A DNA stretch of 64,000 bases from an uncultured Clostridia bacterium (lineage in GTDB: Bacteria > Bacillota > Clostridia > Lachnospirales > CAMZNU01). Below, in pieces: positions 28,121-37,305 of this stretch (the first letter of the stretch is position 1; every line of letters starts with the position of its first letter). The notes below the pieces were generated by a model. The model had not been told where the DNA came from. It worked only from the letters and a program-made list of their open reading frames with translations, and ran no database searches. Where the stretch lies: positions 14,025 through 78,024 of the forward strand of contig CAMZNU010000005.1 in the NCBI GenBank assembly GCA_947313885.1, read 5' to 3'. The position numbers were made by a program, and so were the translations under genes.

Positions 28121-30511
28121 GTGAGTAAAAAAAAAATAGAATTATTATCACCAGCAGGAGATATGTTAAGTTTAAAAGGTGCAGTAAATAATGGATGTGA
28201 TGCGGTATATTTAGGAGGAAAGAACTTTAATGCTAGAAGCAGTGCATCAAATTTCACAGATTCTGAAATAGAAGAAGCGGTAGAGTATTGTGAATTAAGA
28301 GGAGTAAAAGTATTTTTGGTAGTAAATATATTGTATAAAGAAGTTGAGTTAGAGTCATTATATAAATTTTTAAACAAAATGTATGAAGCAGGGGTAGATA
28401 GTTTTATAGTGCAAGATATAGGCGTTGGTATGTTTATAAAAAATAACTTTAGAAAAGTTAAAGTACATGCTAGTACACAATTAAATGCTCATAGTTTAAA
28501 AGATGTATTGTATTTACAAAGTTTAGGATTTGATCGAGTAATATTAGCAAGAGAAGTACCTCTTAAAGAAATTAAACTAATAAAAGAAAAAGTGAATATA
28601 GAGATTGAAATATTTGCACATGGAGCATTGTGCATATCACATTCGGGACAATGTTTAATGAGTAGCTTTATAGGTGATAGGAGTGGAAACCGTGGGAAAT
28701 GTGCAGGTACATGTAGATTAAATTTTGATTTTACAAATAGTGATGGTGAGGTAATAAAGTCAGGACATTTATTAAGTGCGAAAGATTTAATGACATTAGA
28801 CATAATGAAAGAGTTGCATGATATAGGAATAGACTCTATTAAATTAGAAGGTAGAATGAAAAATTATGAATATGTGTCATTAGTTACGAAATTATATAGA
28901 GAGCAAATAAATTGTTTAAGAGGATTAAAAGATGAAGATAAAAAGCAAATAACACAAATATTTAATAGAGGCGGGGAGTTAAGTAGTGGATTTTTAAAAG
29001 AGAATTTTGAGGATTTAATGAGTATCGAGACGCCAAAGAGTACGGGTTTGTGTATAGGATATGTAAGACACTATAGTAGAGCACAAAATATATGTACTAT
29101 AAAGCTTGAGGATAAGGTAGTAGCTGGAGATGGTATAGAGGTATGGACAGAAGAAAAACCCCATGTAGGTTGTGGTATAAATAAAGGTGGGGAACGAGGG
29201 GAAGATATAACAGTAGTATTAAAAGGTAATATTAAAAAAGATGATAAAGTATATAAATCATATGATAAAGAGTTAAATGATATATTAAAAAATTCATATA
29301 AGGGGAATAGACAACAAGAAGTTGAATGTAAAGTAGAAGGTAAAATAGGTGAAACTTTAAAAGTAGTTGCTATTTTTATGGATAAGGAAATAGAAGTAGT
29401 AAGTGAAAGTAAAGTTGATGTAGCAGTTAATAGTCCATTAGAAGTAGAAAAAATATTAGAGAAATTAGGGAAAACAGGTAATACACCTTTTAAATTTAAT
29501 TTTATAAGTGTTGAAATTGATGAAAATATATATTTTAGCATAAAGGAGTTAAACAATTTAAAAAGAGAGTTAGTAGAAAAATTAGAGAGAGAAATAATGG
29601 ATAATTTAAAAAGAGAACCTGTAGACGTTAAGTATAAAGAAATAGATAATGAATATGTTGATGAAAAATATATAACGGTACAAATTTCATCGTATGATAA
29701 AGTTGATGATGTAGTATCTAGTGGGGTTCATAGAATATATTTCGAATATTATAAAGGAATGGAAAAAGGGTTAGAAGATAGTGTAAGGAAAAGTAAGAAG
29801 GCGGGAATAGAGTTTTTTATAAGTTTGCCGAAAATAAGTACAACAAGGGTAGAGGATGAGTTAGAAAAATTTATAGAGGGAATAGAAGAAAGAGGAATAA
29901 TGGTAGATGGTTTTTGTATAGCGACTTACGGACAAAAATATTTAGTACCTAAAAAATATAAAATATGCCATGACTATAATTTTAATGTATATAACAACTT
30001 ATCAAATAAATTTTTAAATAAAAAGGAAAATAAATTTACGGTAAATTTGTCAGTGGAGTTGAGTATAGAAGAGTTAAGAAAAATAAGTAATAAGCATACA
30101 GAAGTGGTTATTCATGGTAAATTACCGATGATGATAAATAGACAATGCCCAGTTGGAAGTTATGTAGGAGATAAAAAAGGGAAGCACTGTAAAGTAAAAG
30201 GTCATAAAGATAATTATTATTTAGTAGATAGAAAAGAGGAGAAGTTTTTAGTTAAATGTTATTGTGACGATTGTTATGTGCATATAATGCAAAACGAGTA
30301 TTTATTTACGTTAAATAAATTTGACGATGTAAGAAGTTTAAAAAGTAAATATTTTAAAATAGTAATAACAGATGAGACAGATATAGAAGAGTTAATTATG
30401 TGTTATAAAAACATATTAGAAAATAGAAGAGATGATAATCATAAAAAAGTAGTTGAGAAGTATAAGGGGTTAGGAATAACGTTCGGACATATGTATAAAG
30501 GGGTTTTATAA
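28121..30511 (+). CDS. U32-family peptidase (long, ~800-aa form)
   Basis: GTG start after AAGAGG; signature EIFAHGALCISHSGQCLMSS. Confidence 0.9.
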   Translation: MSKKKIELLSPAGDMLSLKGAVNNGCDAVYLGGKNFNARSSASNFTDSEIEEAVEYCELRGVKVFLVVNILYKEVELESLYKFLNKMYEAGVDSFIVQDIGVGMFIKNNFRKVKVHASTQLNAHSLKDVLYLQSLGFDRVILAREVPLKEIKLIKEKVNIEIEIFAHGALCISHSGQCLMSSFIGDRSGNRGKCAGTCRLNFDFTNSDGEVIKSGHLLSAKDLMTLDIMKELHDIGIDSIKLEGRMKNYEYVSLVTKLYREQINCLRGLKDEDKKQITQIFNRGGELSSGFLKENFEDLMSIETPKSTGLCIGYVRHYSRAQNICTIKLEDKVVAGDGIEVWTEEKPHVGCGINKGGERGEDITVVLKGNIKKDDKVYKSYDKELNDILKNSYKGNRQQEVECKVEGKIGETLKVVAIFMDKEIEVVSESKVDVAVNSPLEVEKILEKLGKTGNTPFKFNFISVEIDENIYFSIKELNNLKRELVEKLEREIMDNLKREPVDVKYKEIDNEYVDEKYITVQISSYDKVDDVVSSGVHRIYFEYYKGMEKGLEDSVRKSKKAGIEFFISLPKISTTRVEDELEKFIEGIEERGIMVDGFCIATYGQKYLVPKKYKICHDYNFNVYNNLSNKFLNKKENKFTVNLSVELSIEELRKISNKHTEVVIHGKLPMMINRQCPVGSYVGDKKGKHCKVKGHKDNYYLVDRKEEKFLVKCYCDDCYVHIMQNEYLFTLNKFDDVRSLKSKYFKIVITDETDIEELIMCYKNILENRRDDNHKKVVEKYKGLGITFGHMYKGVL

Positions 30512-30512
30512 A

Positions 30513-31961
30513 ATGCTAAAACTAGCTATATTAATAAGTAAATATTTATATATAGGTTATATAAGTTTATTTTTAATATTTAGTTGGGGTTATGTATTAG
30601 AAGAGAGAGGATTATCGAATAGTAGAGTAAGATATTCTATGCACCAATTTAATTTGATATTAGTATTTAATATAACTACGTATATAATAATGTATTTATC
30701 GGGTATGAGAAGTGGTATAGGTAGTTTGGGATTTATAGTAACGTTAAGTATAATAATGGTTATTTTCAAACTACTTTCAAAAAAAATTTTTGAAGGTAGT
30801 TGTCCTATATTATGGAATAGCATTTTATTTTTAATAAACCTTGGGGTAATAATAATATGTAGGATAGATTATGTCTTAGGATTAAAGCAATTAATGTTTG
30901 CAATGCTAGGGTTAATAGTAGCATTAATGATGCCGATGATTTTAAAAGTGGTACCTAAAATAGAAATTTTAGGATTAATATATTTAGTTGTTATGTTAGG
31001 TTTAGTTTTATTACCATTTTTTTATAAAGAAAGTCAAGGAGGGTCGCTAAATTGGAGTTATATAACAATATTTAATAGGAGAATAACTTTTCAGCCATCG
31101 GAATTAGCTAAAATAGTATATATATTTTTTTTAAGTTCGTTGTTTAGAAAGCAGAATAGTAAATTTAAAATAGGGTTAGCAACGATAACATCAGCAACTT
31201 TAGTAATAATATTAGTTATACAAAAAGATTTAGGAACGGCATTAATATACTTTATGACATATATAACACTACTATATGTAGGAACGGGGAATATAACATT
31301 AAGTGGTTTAGCTATAGTTTTAGCAAGTATAGGATCTTTTGTAGCATATAAAGGTTTTCCTCATGTAGCAGTTAGAATAGATAGTTGGAAAAACCCGTTA
31401 AGTGATCCATTTGGAGGGGGATATCAAGTATTACAATCGCTTTTTTCTATGGGGACATATGGGTATTTAGGAAGTGGGTTAGGACAGGGATATCCAGAGA
31501 TTGTACCTGTTGTTGAAAGTGATTTTATATATAGTGCTATAGGTGAAGAGTTTGGAGGGATATTTGCTATACTTCTAATAGTTATATATATATTAATTTT
31601 TTATAGAATAGCCAACATAGCGCTTAGAAGTAATAAAAAGTTTAATAGTTTGGTAGTTGTTGGGATAGGAAGTCTATTGTATGTACAAACGATATTGATA
31701 ATAGGTGGTGTTATGGGTATTTTACCGTTAACAGGTGTAACGCTACCATTAATAAGTGCAGGTGGAAGTTCATTAATTATAACTATAATAATGATAAGTA
31801 TAGTACAGTGGATACAACGTAATAATATGATAGAAAAAAAATTAGAAATAGAAGAGGCGAAGAAACATAGAGAATATATAATAGAACATAGAAATAGAGG
31901 ACTATTTGAAAAGGATATAAAGGCATATAAAGATGTAGTATCAGAAGAGAGTGAAGAGTAA
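30513..31961 (+). CDS. FtsW/RodA/SpoVE-family (SEDS) peptidoglycan polymerase
   Basis: polytopic; QPSELAKI, DLGTALI, DFIYSAIGEEFG, TGVTLPLISAGGSS motifs; paired with a class B PBP. Confidence 0.9.
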   Translation: MLKLAILISKYLYIGYISLFLIFSWGYVLEERGLSNSRVRYSMHQFNLILVFNITTYIIMYLSGMRSGIGSLGFIVTLSIIMVIFKLLSKKIFEGSCPILWNSILFLINLGVIIICRIDYVLGLKQLMFAMLGLIVALMMPMILKVVPKIEILGLIYLVVMLGLVLLPFFYKESQGGSLNWSYITIFNRRITFQPSELAKIVYIFFLSSLFRKQNSKFKIGLATITSATLVIILVIQKDLGTALIYFMTYITLLYVGTGNITLSGLAIVLASIGSFVAYKGFPHVAVRIDSWKNPLSDPFGGGYQVLQSLFSMGTYGYLGSGLGQGYPEIVPVVESDFIYSAIGEEFGGIFAILLIVIYILIFYRIANIALRSNKKFNSLVVVGIGSLLYVQTILIIGGVMGILPLTGVTLPLISAGGSSLIITIIMISIVQWIQRNNMIEKKLEIEEAKKHREYIIEHRNRGLFEKDIKAYKDVVSEESEE

Positions 31962-31996
31962 ATATTTTAGGTATTAAAAATACTAGAGGATAAAAT

Positions 31997-33412
31997 ATGG
32001 AAATTGAAAGTAAAGAAGAAAAAATGAAAAAAGGAATGGAAGGAAAGTTTAAAAATAAAATAAGATTTATATTTATTATAAATCTTATTTTTATGTTGTT
32101 TATAATTATTAGCATAATAAAATTTTATAGAGAGGATAGTTTTGGGTTAGTGAATAAAACATTAAATCCGCGAGTATTTATAGAAGATGAAAACGTAATA
32201 AAAGGATCTATTTATGATAGTAATGGTATGGAGGTAGCGAAAACAGTAGATGGGAGGAGAGTGTATAAAAAAGGTATAATGGGAGAATCTTTTTTTCATT
32301 TAATAGGATATGTAAAAGAGGAAGGTTTTGGATTAGAATCAAATTATAGTTTAGCGCTTCAAAAAGTAGGAGGAGAATTAAACCAGAGAATAAATGCAAT
32401 AGAGGAAAAAAAAGTTTACGGTAATAATTTGCATTTAACGATAGATGGAAACATGCAAAAAAAAGCTTATGAGCAAATAGTTCAAAGTGGAAAAAACGGT
32501 TCAATAATAATGTTAGAACCATCGACAGGTAAAGTTATAGCTATGGTATCGAATCCTAGTATTAATTATGATAATGCTAAATATAACAAGTCAGATGAAA
32601 AAAAGTTTTTAAATCGGAGTACGTCGGGATTATATGCACCGGGGTCAGTATTTAAAGTAGTGTCGTCAATAACGATAATGGAAAATAGAAAAGATTATGA
32701 AAGTGAGAAGTATGAATGTACAGGACATATAAACATAGATGGAAATATTATTAAATGTTATAACGAAGTAGCCCATGGAGAAATTACGTTAGAAGATGCG
32801 ATAGAACAATCGTGTAACACGTATTTTGCATACATGGGAAATGAAATAGGGATAGATAAGTTAAGGGAAACGGCGGAAAAATTAAATTTTAATGGTGAGT
32901 TTGATTTTGAAATAGAAGTAAGTAAAAGTAAGTTCACAAAAGAGGAAGTAGGAACAAGTGAATTAATGCAAACGTACATAGGGCAAGGTAAAACATTGAC
33001 GACACCATTAAACATGGTGACGATATTAGGGGGAGTAGGGAATGGTGGAATAATGATGAAGCCTTATGTAGTAGATTATATAAGTGATTATAGAGGGAAA
33101 GTAGTTAATAGAACAAAACCAAGTATGATAAATAAAAATATAACATTGGAACAATCAACGAAATTAAATGATATGCTAATAAAAGTAGTGGAGTCAGGTA
33201 CAGGAAAAAGTATAAAAAATAACGAGTTAAAAATAGCGGGCAAAACAGGGTCAGCAGAAATAACAGAAGAAGTAACGCATGGTTGGTTTGTAGGATACGC
33301 GCCATACGATATGCCAAAAATAGCTATAGCAGTTTTACTAGAAGATAGCGAAAATAGTAAAGCAACACTTAAAATAGTAGAAAAATTAATAGAAGAATAT
33401 GAAAAGTTGTAG
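31997..33412 (+). CDS. penicillin-binding protein 2 (class B transpeptidase)
   Basis: N-terminal TM; PGSVFK (SxxK), SCN (SxN), GKTGSA (KTG) motifs. Confidence 0.9.
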   Translation: MEIESKEEKMKKGMEGKFKNKIRFIFIINLIFMLFIIISIIKFYREDSFGLVNKTLNPRVFIEDENVIKGSIYDSNGMEVAKTVDGRRVYKKGIMGESFFHLIGYVKEEGFGLESNYSLALQKVGGELNQRINAIEEKKVYGNNLHLTIDGNMQKKAYEQIVQSGKNGSIIMLEPSTGKVIAMVSNPSINYDNAKYNKSDEKKFLNRSTSGLYAPGSVFKVVSSITIMENRKDYESEKYECTGHINIDGNIIKCYNEVAHGEITLEDAIEQSCNTYFAYMGNEIGIDKLRETAEKLNFNGEFDFEIEVSKSKFTKEEVGTSELMQTYIGQGKTLTTPLNMVTILGGVGNGGIMMKPYVVDYISDYRGKVVNRTKPSMINKNITLEQSTKLNDMLIKVVESGTGKSIKNNELKIAGKTGSAEITEEVTHGWFVGYAPYDMPKIAIAVLLEDSENSKATLKIVEKLIEEYEKL

Positions 33413-33492
33413 TAAAAAAGTAAAATAAAGTAGTAAAAATAAAGAATAAAGTGTATAATAATACAAAAGTCTAGTGATTAAAGGAGGAAAAT

Positions 33493-34755
33493 ATGATTAA
33501 TACCTTTACAAAAATATTAAAAGAAGAGTTAGTATCAGCAGCGGGGTGTACGGAGCCGATAGCGATAGCGTTATGTAGTGCGAAGTGTGCGGAGTTATTA
33601 GAAGAAGAGGTGAAAAGTATAGAGATAAATGTAAGTGGTAATATGATAAAAAATGCTAAAGGGGTAACGATACCAGGGACAAAAGATTTAGTGGGATTAG
33701 AGTATTCGGCAATATTAGGAATGTTAGTGAAAAAGTCAGAGAGAAGTTTAGAAGTTTTAAATGGTTTAGATGAGGAAACTATTAAAGAGGCAAAAAAAAT
33801 ATATGACAAAAAAATATGTAAGGTAAAGAGAAAAGATACGGATATAAAGTTATACATAGAAATAATTATGAAAGGTGAAAATAATGAGGCGGAAGTTGAA
33901 ATAAGTTATCACCATACTAATTTTTCTGTTTTAAAGAAAAATGGTAAAGCAATATTCCATAATCCATGTGAGAGTGAAATGTTAATAGAAAACATAACAG
34001 ATAGAAGTGAATTAAGTGTAAAAAATATAATTAAATATGCAGAAGAAGTAAATGTAGAGGATATAAAAGAAACGTTAGGAAGACAATTAGAGTACAATGT
34101 AAAAATAGCAGAGGAAGGATTAACAAATAAGTACGGATTAACATCTGGTAAAATAATATATGATATGTCAGATGGCATGTTAAGAGAAGAGATGAAGGGA
34201 TTAGCGGCATCAGGAAGTGATGCTAGAATGAGTGGGTGTGATTTACCAGTTGTAATAAATTCAGGAAGTGGAAATCAAGGTATAACGATAGGAGCATCAT
34301 TATCAAGATACTTTGAACATAAAAAAGTAAGCGAGGAAGATCAATATAGAGTATTAGCAGTAGCGAATTTAATAGCAATACATATTAAAAGTAAAATAGG
34401 AAGATTGTCGGCATTTTGTGGAGTTGTAAGTGCGTCAATTGGCGTAGGTACAGCTATGACATATATAGAAAGTAAAGATATAGAAAAAATAGAGAACACA
34501 GTAAAGAATGGAGTAGCAAATTTAACGGGAGTAATTTGCGACGGTGCAAAATGTTCGTGTGCGATAAAAATAGCATCAAGTTTAGATGCAGGAATAACAG
34601 CACATTATTTAGGAATGAAAGATAAAGTTGTAGGACATGGAATAGGGATTATAAATGGAGATGTTGAAGAAACTATAGATAATTTAGTAGAAATAGCAAC
34701 GGAATCTATGGTATTAACAGATGAGAAGATATTTAATATAATGCTTAGAAATTAA
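33493..34755 (+). CDS. UPF0597/YhaM-like L-cysteine desulfidase family protein
   Basis: AAGCTEPIAIA N-terminal motif, ~420 aa, conserved Cys cluster (CDGAKCSCA). Confidence 0.7.
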   Translation: MINTFTKILKEELVSAAGCTEPIAIALCSAKCAELLEEEVKSIEINVSGNMIKNAKGVTIPGTKDLVGLEYSAILGMLVKKSERSLEVLNGLDEETIKEAKKIYDKKICKVKRKDTDIKLYIEIIMKGENNEAEVEISYHHTNFSVLKKNGKAIFHNPCESEMLIENITDRSELSVKNIIKYAEEVNVEDIKETLGRQLEYNVKIAEEGLTNKYGLTSGKIIYDMSDGMLREEMKGLAASGSDARMSGCDLPVVINSGSGNQGITIGASLSRYFEHKKVSEEDQYRVLAVANLIAIHIKSKIGRLSAFCGVVSASIGVGTAMTYIESKDIEKIENTVKNGVANLTGVICDGAKCSCAIKIASSLDAGITAHYLGMKDKVVGHGIGIINGDVEETIDNLVEIATESMVLTDEKIFNIMLRN

Positions 34756-34775
34756 AAAAATAAAAAAATAAAAAA

Positions 34776-34828
34776 AGCTGGACAACAATAGAGGATTTAA
34801 AAATCTACTATTGTTGTCTAGCTTTTTG
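34776..34828 (+). terminator. rho-independent terminator (long stem)
   Basis: ~22-bp imperfect stem AGCTGGACAACAATAGAGGATTT / AAATCTACTATTGTTGTCTAGCT plus TTTTT. Confidence 0.8.
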
Positions 34829-34870
34829 TTTGAACGTATTGAAGAAAATATATATTAAAAAGCTATAAAA

Positions 34871-34886
34871 ACAAACATTTGTTCGT
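34871..34886. promoter_or_regulatory. candidate LexA (SOS/Cheo-type) box 1
   Basis: acAAACatttGTTCgt; one mismatch to GAAC-N4-GTTC; matches box 2 at 15 of 16 positions. Confidence 0.55.
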
Positions 34887-34995
34887 TTTTCAAAAAAGAA
34901 AATAGAAATAAAATTCTATACAAATACCATTAACATAGGTAATGCAGTAATATATAGTTAAATTAAGCAAAAGATGAATAACGAATATAAAGAAA

Positions 34996-35024
34996 TTGAC
35001 AAACATATGTTCGTATATTATAAT
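34996..35024 (+). promoter_or_regulatory. consensus sigmaA promoter with embedded candidate LexA box 2
   Basis: TTGACA (34996-35001), 17 nt, TATAAT (35019-35024); cAAACatatGTTCg (35000-35013) overlaps the -35 and the spacer. Confidence 0.7.
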
Positions 35025-35070
35025 TTGTTTAGGGAATTTATGTCATATTATTTAGTATAAGGAGGGTCAC

Positions 35071-35370
35071 ATGAGTAGATTAAATAGACCAGAGGAATTT
35101 TATAAGGAAATAGCAAAAAACAATTTAGGGTTAGTAGGTGAGAATTTCACAGACATTTTGGAGTTAATAGGATTTGATTCATTTTTTAATTTAGTATTTT
35201 ATTTTGGAGGGAGTCAAATATATTTACCAACGTTTAGAAGTATGTTTAAAGAATGTATAAAAAAAGAGTTGCTGGCAGAATATACAGGTGGAAACATATA
35301 TTCATTAAGCGTTAAATACGGAATATCAGAAAGAGTAATAAGAAATTGGGTTAAAGAAGCGCATAATTAG
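35071..35370 (+). CDS. Mor-like (phage Mu middle-operon-regulator family) small DNA-binding protein
   Basis: AAGGAGGG RBS; GGSQIYLPT...YTGGN...LSVKYGISERVIRNWV resembles the Mor-family C-terminal HTH. Confidence 0.55.
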   Translation: MSRLNRPEEFYKEIAKNNLGLVGENFTDILELIGFDSFFNLVFYFGGSQIYLPTFRSMFKECIKKELLAEYTGGNIYSLSVKYGISERVIRNWVKEAHN

Positions 35371-35378
35371 GAGGCAAA

Positions 35379-36098
35379 ATGAAAATAATAATAGATCCAG
35401 GACATGGTGGCAAAGACGCAGGTGCTGTAGGAAGTAGAAGTTTGGAAAAAGATATAAATTTAAAGGAAAGTATAATGTTAAAAAACATGTTAGAAAAGGA
35501 AGGATATGAAGTTAAGTTAACAAGAAATACAGATAAATATTTAGGGATAAATGAGAGAGGTATAGAAAAGTGTGATATATTTATATCAATGCATAAAAAT
35601 AGTGTTAAATCAAAATTAGCAAAAGGAACAGAAGTATACTATTCCGTGAAGAGGAAAGAAGATAAAAATCATGCATCTAACATTAGTAAAATAATATCAG
35701 ATATAATGGAAACGGTAGATAGGGGAAGTAAATTGAAAAGAGGTAAAAATGGGAATGATTATTTTGGAGTAATCAGAAATGCAGAAAAAAATAATTGTAA
35801 ACATATATTTTTAATTGAAACAGAGTTTATTAGCAATAGAGAAGGTGAAGATAAATTATTAGATGAAAATATAGTAAAAAAGTATTTAGGTGGGATCGTT
35901 AGATATATAAATAAAAGCATAGTGAAAGAAAACAAAGGGAAACAAATTGATATAGAAGTTGATGGCGAAAAAGTAAAAGTAAAGCATTTAATTGTAAATG
36001 ATAAAGTATATGTAGGCATTAGAGAGTTGTTAGAAAAAATGGGATATTCGGTAAAATATGAAGAAAAAACTAAAAAAATTAAAATTAAAAAAGTTTAA
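35379..36098 (+). CDS. N-acetylmuramoyl-L-alanine amidase (Amidase_3) with C-terminal copper-amine-oxidase-N-like domain
   Basis: IIIDPGHGGKDAGA, SMHKNS, ETEFISN zinc-amidase motifs; no signal peptide or TM helix. Confidence 0.85.
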   Translation: MKIIIDPGHGGKDAGAVGSRSLEKDINLKESIMLKNMLEKEGYEVKLTRNTDKYLGINERGIEKCDIFISMHKNSVKSKLAKGTEVYYSVKRKEDKNHASNISKIISDIMETVDRGSKLKRGKNGNDYFGVIRNAEKNNCKHIFLIETEFISNREGEDKLLDENIVKKYLGGIVRYINKSIVKENKGKQIDIEVDGEKVKVKHLIVNDKVYVGIRELLEKMGYSVKYEEKTKKIKIKKV

Positions 36099-36102
36099 AA
36101 AA

Positions 36103-36143
36103 AGAGGAGTTTGGCTAATAAAATGAGCTAACTCCTCTTTTTA
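36103..36143 (+). terminator. rho-independent terminator
   Basis: stem AGAGGAGTT.GGCT / AGCTAACTCCTCT plus T-run. Confidence 0.8.
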
Positions 36144-36265
36144 TTGCAAAATAAAAAATATAATACAAAATATTGACAAAATAATATTAGCATGATAATA
36201 TATATTAAATGGAAAATATTTACATATATAGAAAATATTGACATACAGAAAGGGAGGGCAAATAT

Positions 36266-36676
36266 ATGGGTTTGAAATTAAAAACAATATTTGATGAAAA
36301 AAAAGAAGGGGTATTTTTATTAGAAGGCAATGTAAAAGGTAATGTTATAAACCAGCTTGTTGTATTTACATGGAGCGTGCGTGATGGAGGGATATATTTA
36401 TATTTAAATCAAAAAGGTTACTTATATAAAAAAATATCAGAAAAAGAAATTATAGAAATAACAATTGATAATAAAAAATATTATGGTATATGCAGGAAGG
36501 TTAGAATTAAAGAAGGGAAAGAAGAAATATTAAAAAAAAAATATATTAAAATATTAAATATGGAACAATGTAAAAAAATGAAATTAGCATTAGAAGATAA
36601 AGTAATATTAATGAGCAGTATAGAGGAGGTTAAGTTAGTAAACTTACAATTAAATCAAATGCAAAATGTTGCATAA
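36266..36676 (+). CDS. hypothetical protein (136 aa)
   Basis: strong RBS GGGAGGG; own promoter-like TTGACA elements upstream; no family recognised. Confidence 0.6.
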   Translation: MGLKLKTIFDEKKEGVFLLEGNVKGNVINQLVVFTWSVRDGGIYLYLNQKGYLYKKISEKEIIEITIDNKKYYGICRKVRIKEGKEEILKKKYIKILNMEQCKKMKLALEDKVILMSSIEEVKLVNLQLNQMQNVA

Positions 36677-36875
36677 AATATTGAAAAAAAAGATCAAAAT
36701 AAACACATGTTTATTTAGGTCTTTTTTTGTTTTAGAAAAAAATGTATCTGTAATATTACTGTTAAAAAAAATATGTTAAGACAAAATAATTTTTGCAGAT
36801 TATAAAATTAACTATAAAGTACAGTAAGAAATATGATATAATTACACAAACAATAATATAAAAGAAGGTGATTTG

Positions 36876-37304
36876 ATGGAACTTATAAGTAATAGTGAAG
36901 AAGAAACATTTAACATTGGATTTATGGTAGGTGTAGAGGTAAGAGCAGGAGATATTATTTGTTTGGATGGAGATTTGGGTGTGGGCAAAACTGTGTTTAC
37001 AAAAGGGTTTGCAAAAGCTATGCAAATAGATGCGAATATAACAAGCCCAACATTTAACATAGTAAATACTTATGATGGAATACGTAAGTTACATCACTTT
37101 GATTTATATAGAATAAAATACGAAGATGAACTAGATGAAATAGGATTTGATGAATACATATTTGGCAGTAGTGTGTGCTTAATAGAGTGGAGTAGTAATG
37201 TGAAAAATATAATACCTAAAAGTGCGATTAAAATTAAAATCGAAAAAGATTTAGAAATAAATGAAGACTATAGAAAAATAATAATAAACGAAGAAGAGGT
37301 ATAA
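36876..37304 (+). CDS. tsaE: tRNA t6A biosynthesis ATPase TsaE
   Basis: GDLGVGKTVFTKG Walker A, HFDLYR motif, ~142 aa; ATG one codon inside the track ORF. Confidence 0.9.
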   Translation: MELISNSEEETFNIGFMVGVEVRAGDIICLDGDLGVGKTVFTKGFAKAMQIDANITSPTFNIVNTYDGIRKLHHFDLYRIKYEDELDEIGFDEYIFGSSVCLIEWSSNVKNIIPKSAIKIKIEKDLEINEDYRKIIINEEEV

Positions 37305-37305
37305 T

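Noticed and set aside
35071-36098. Reading the Mor-like gene plus amidase as part of a prophage or other mobile element
   Set aside because: No integrase, holin, structural, terminase or repressor genes, no att-like repeats, and housekeeping genes on both sides. At most this is a two-gene domesticated remnant. It is kept as an alternative explanation in the finding.
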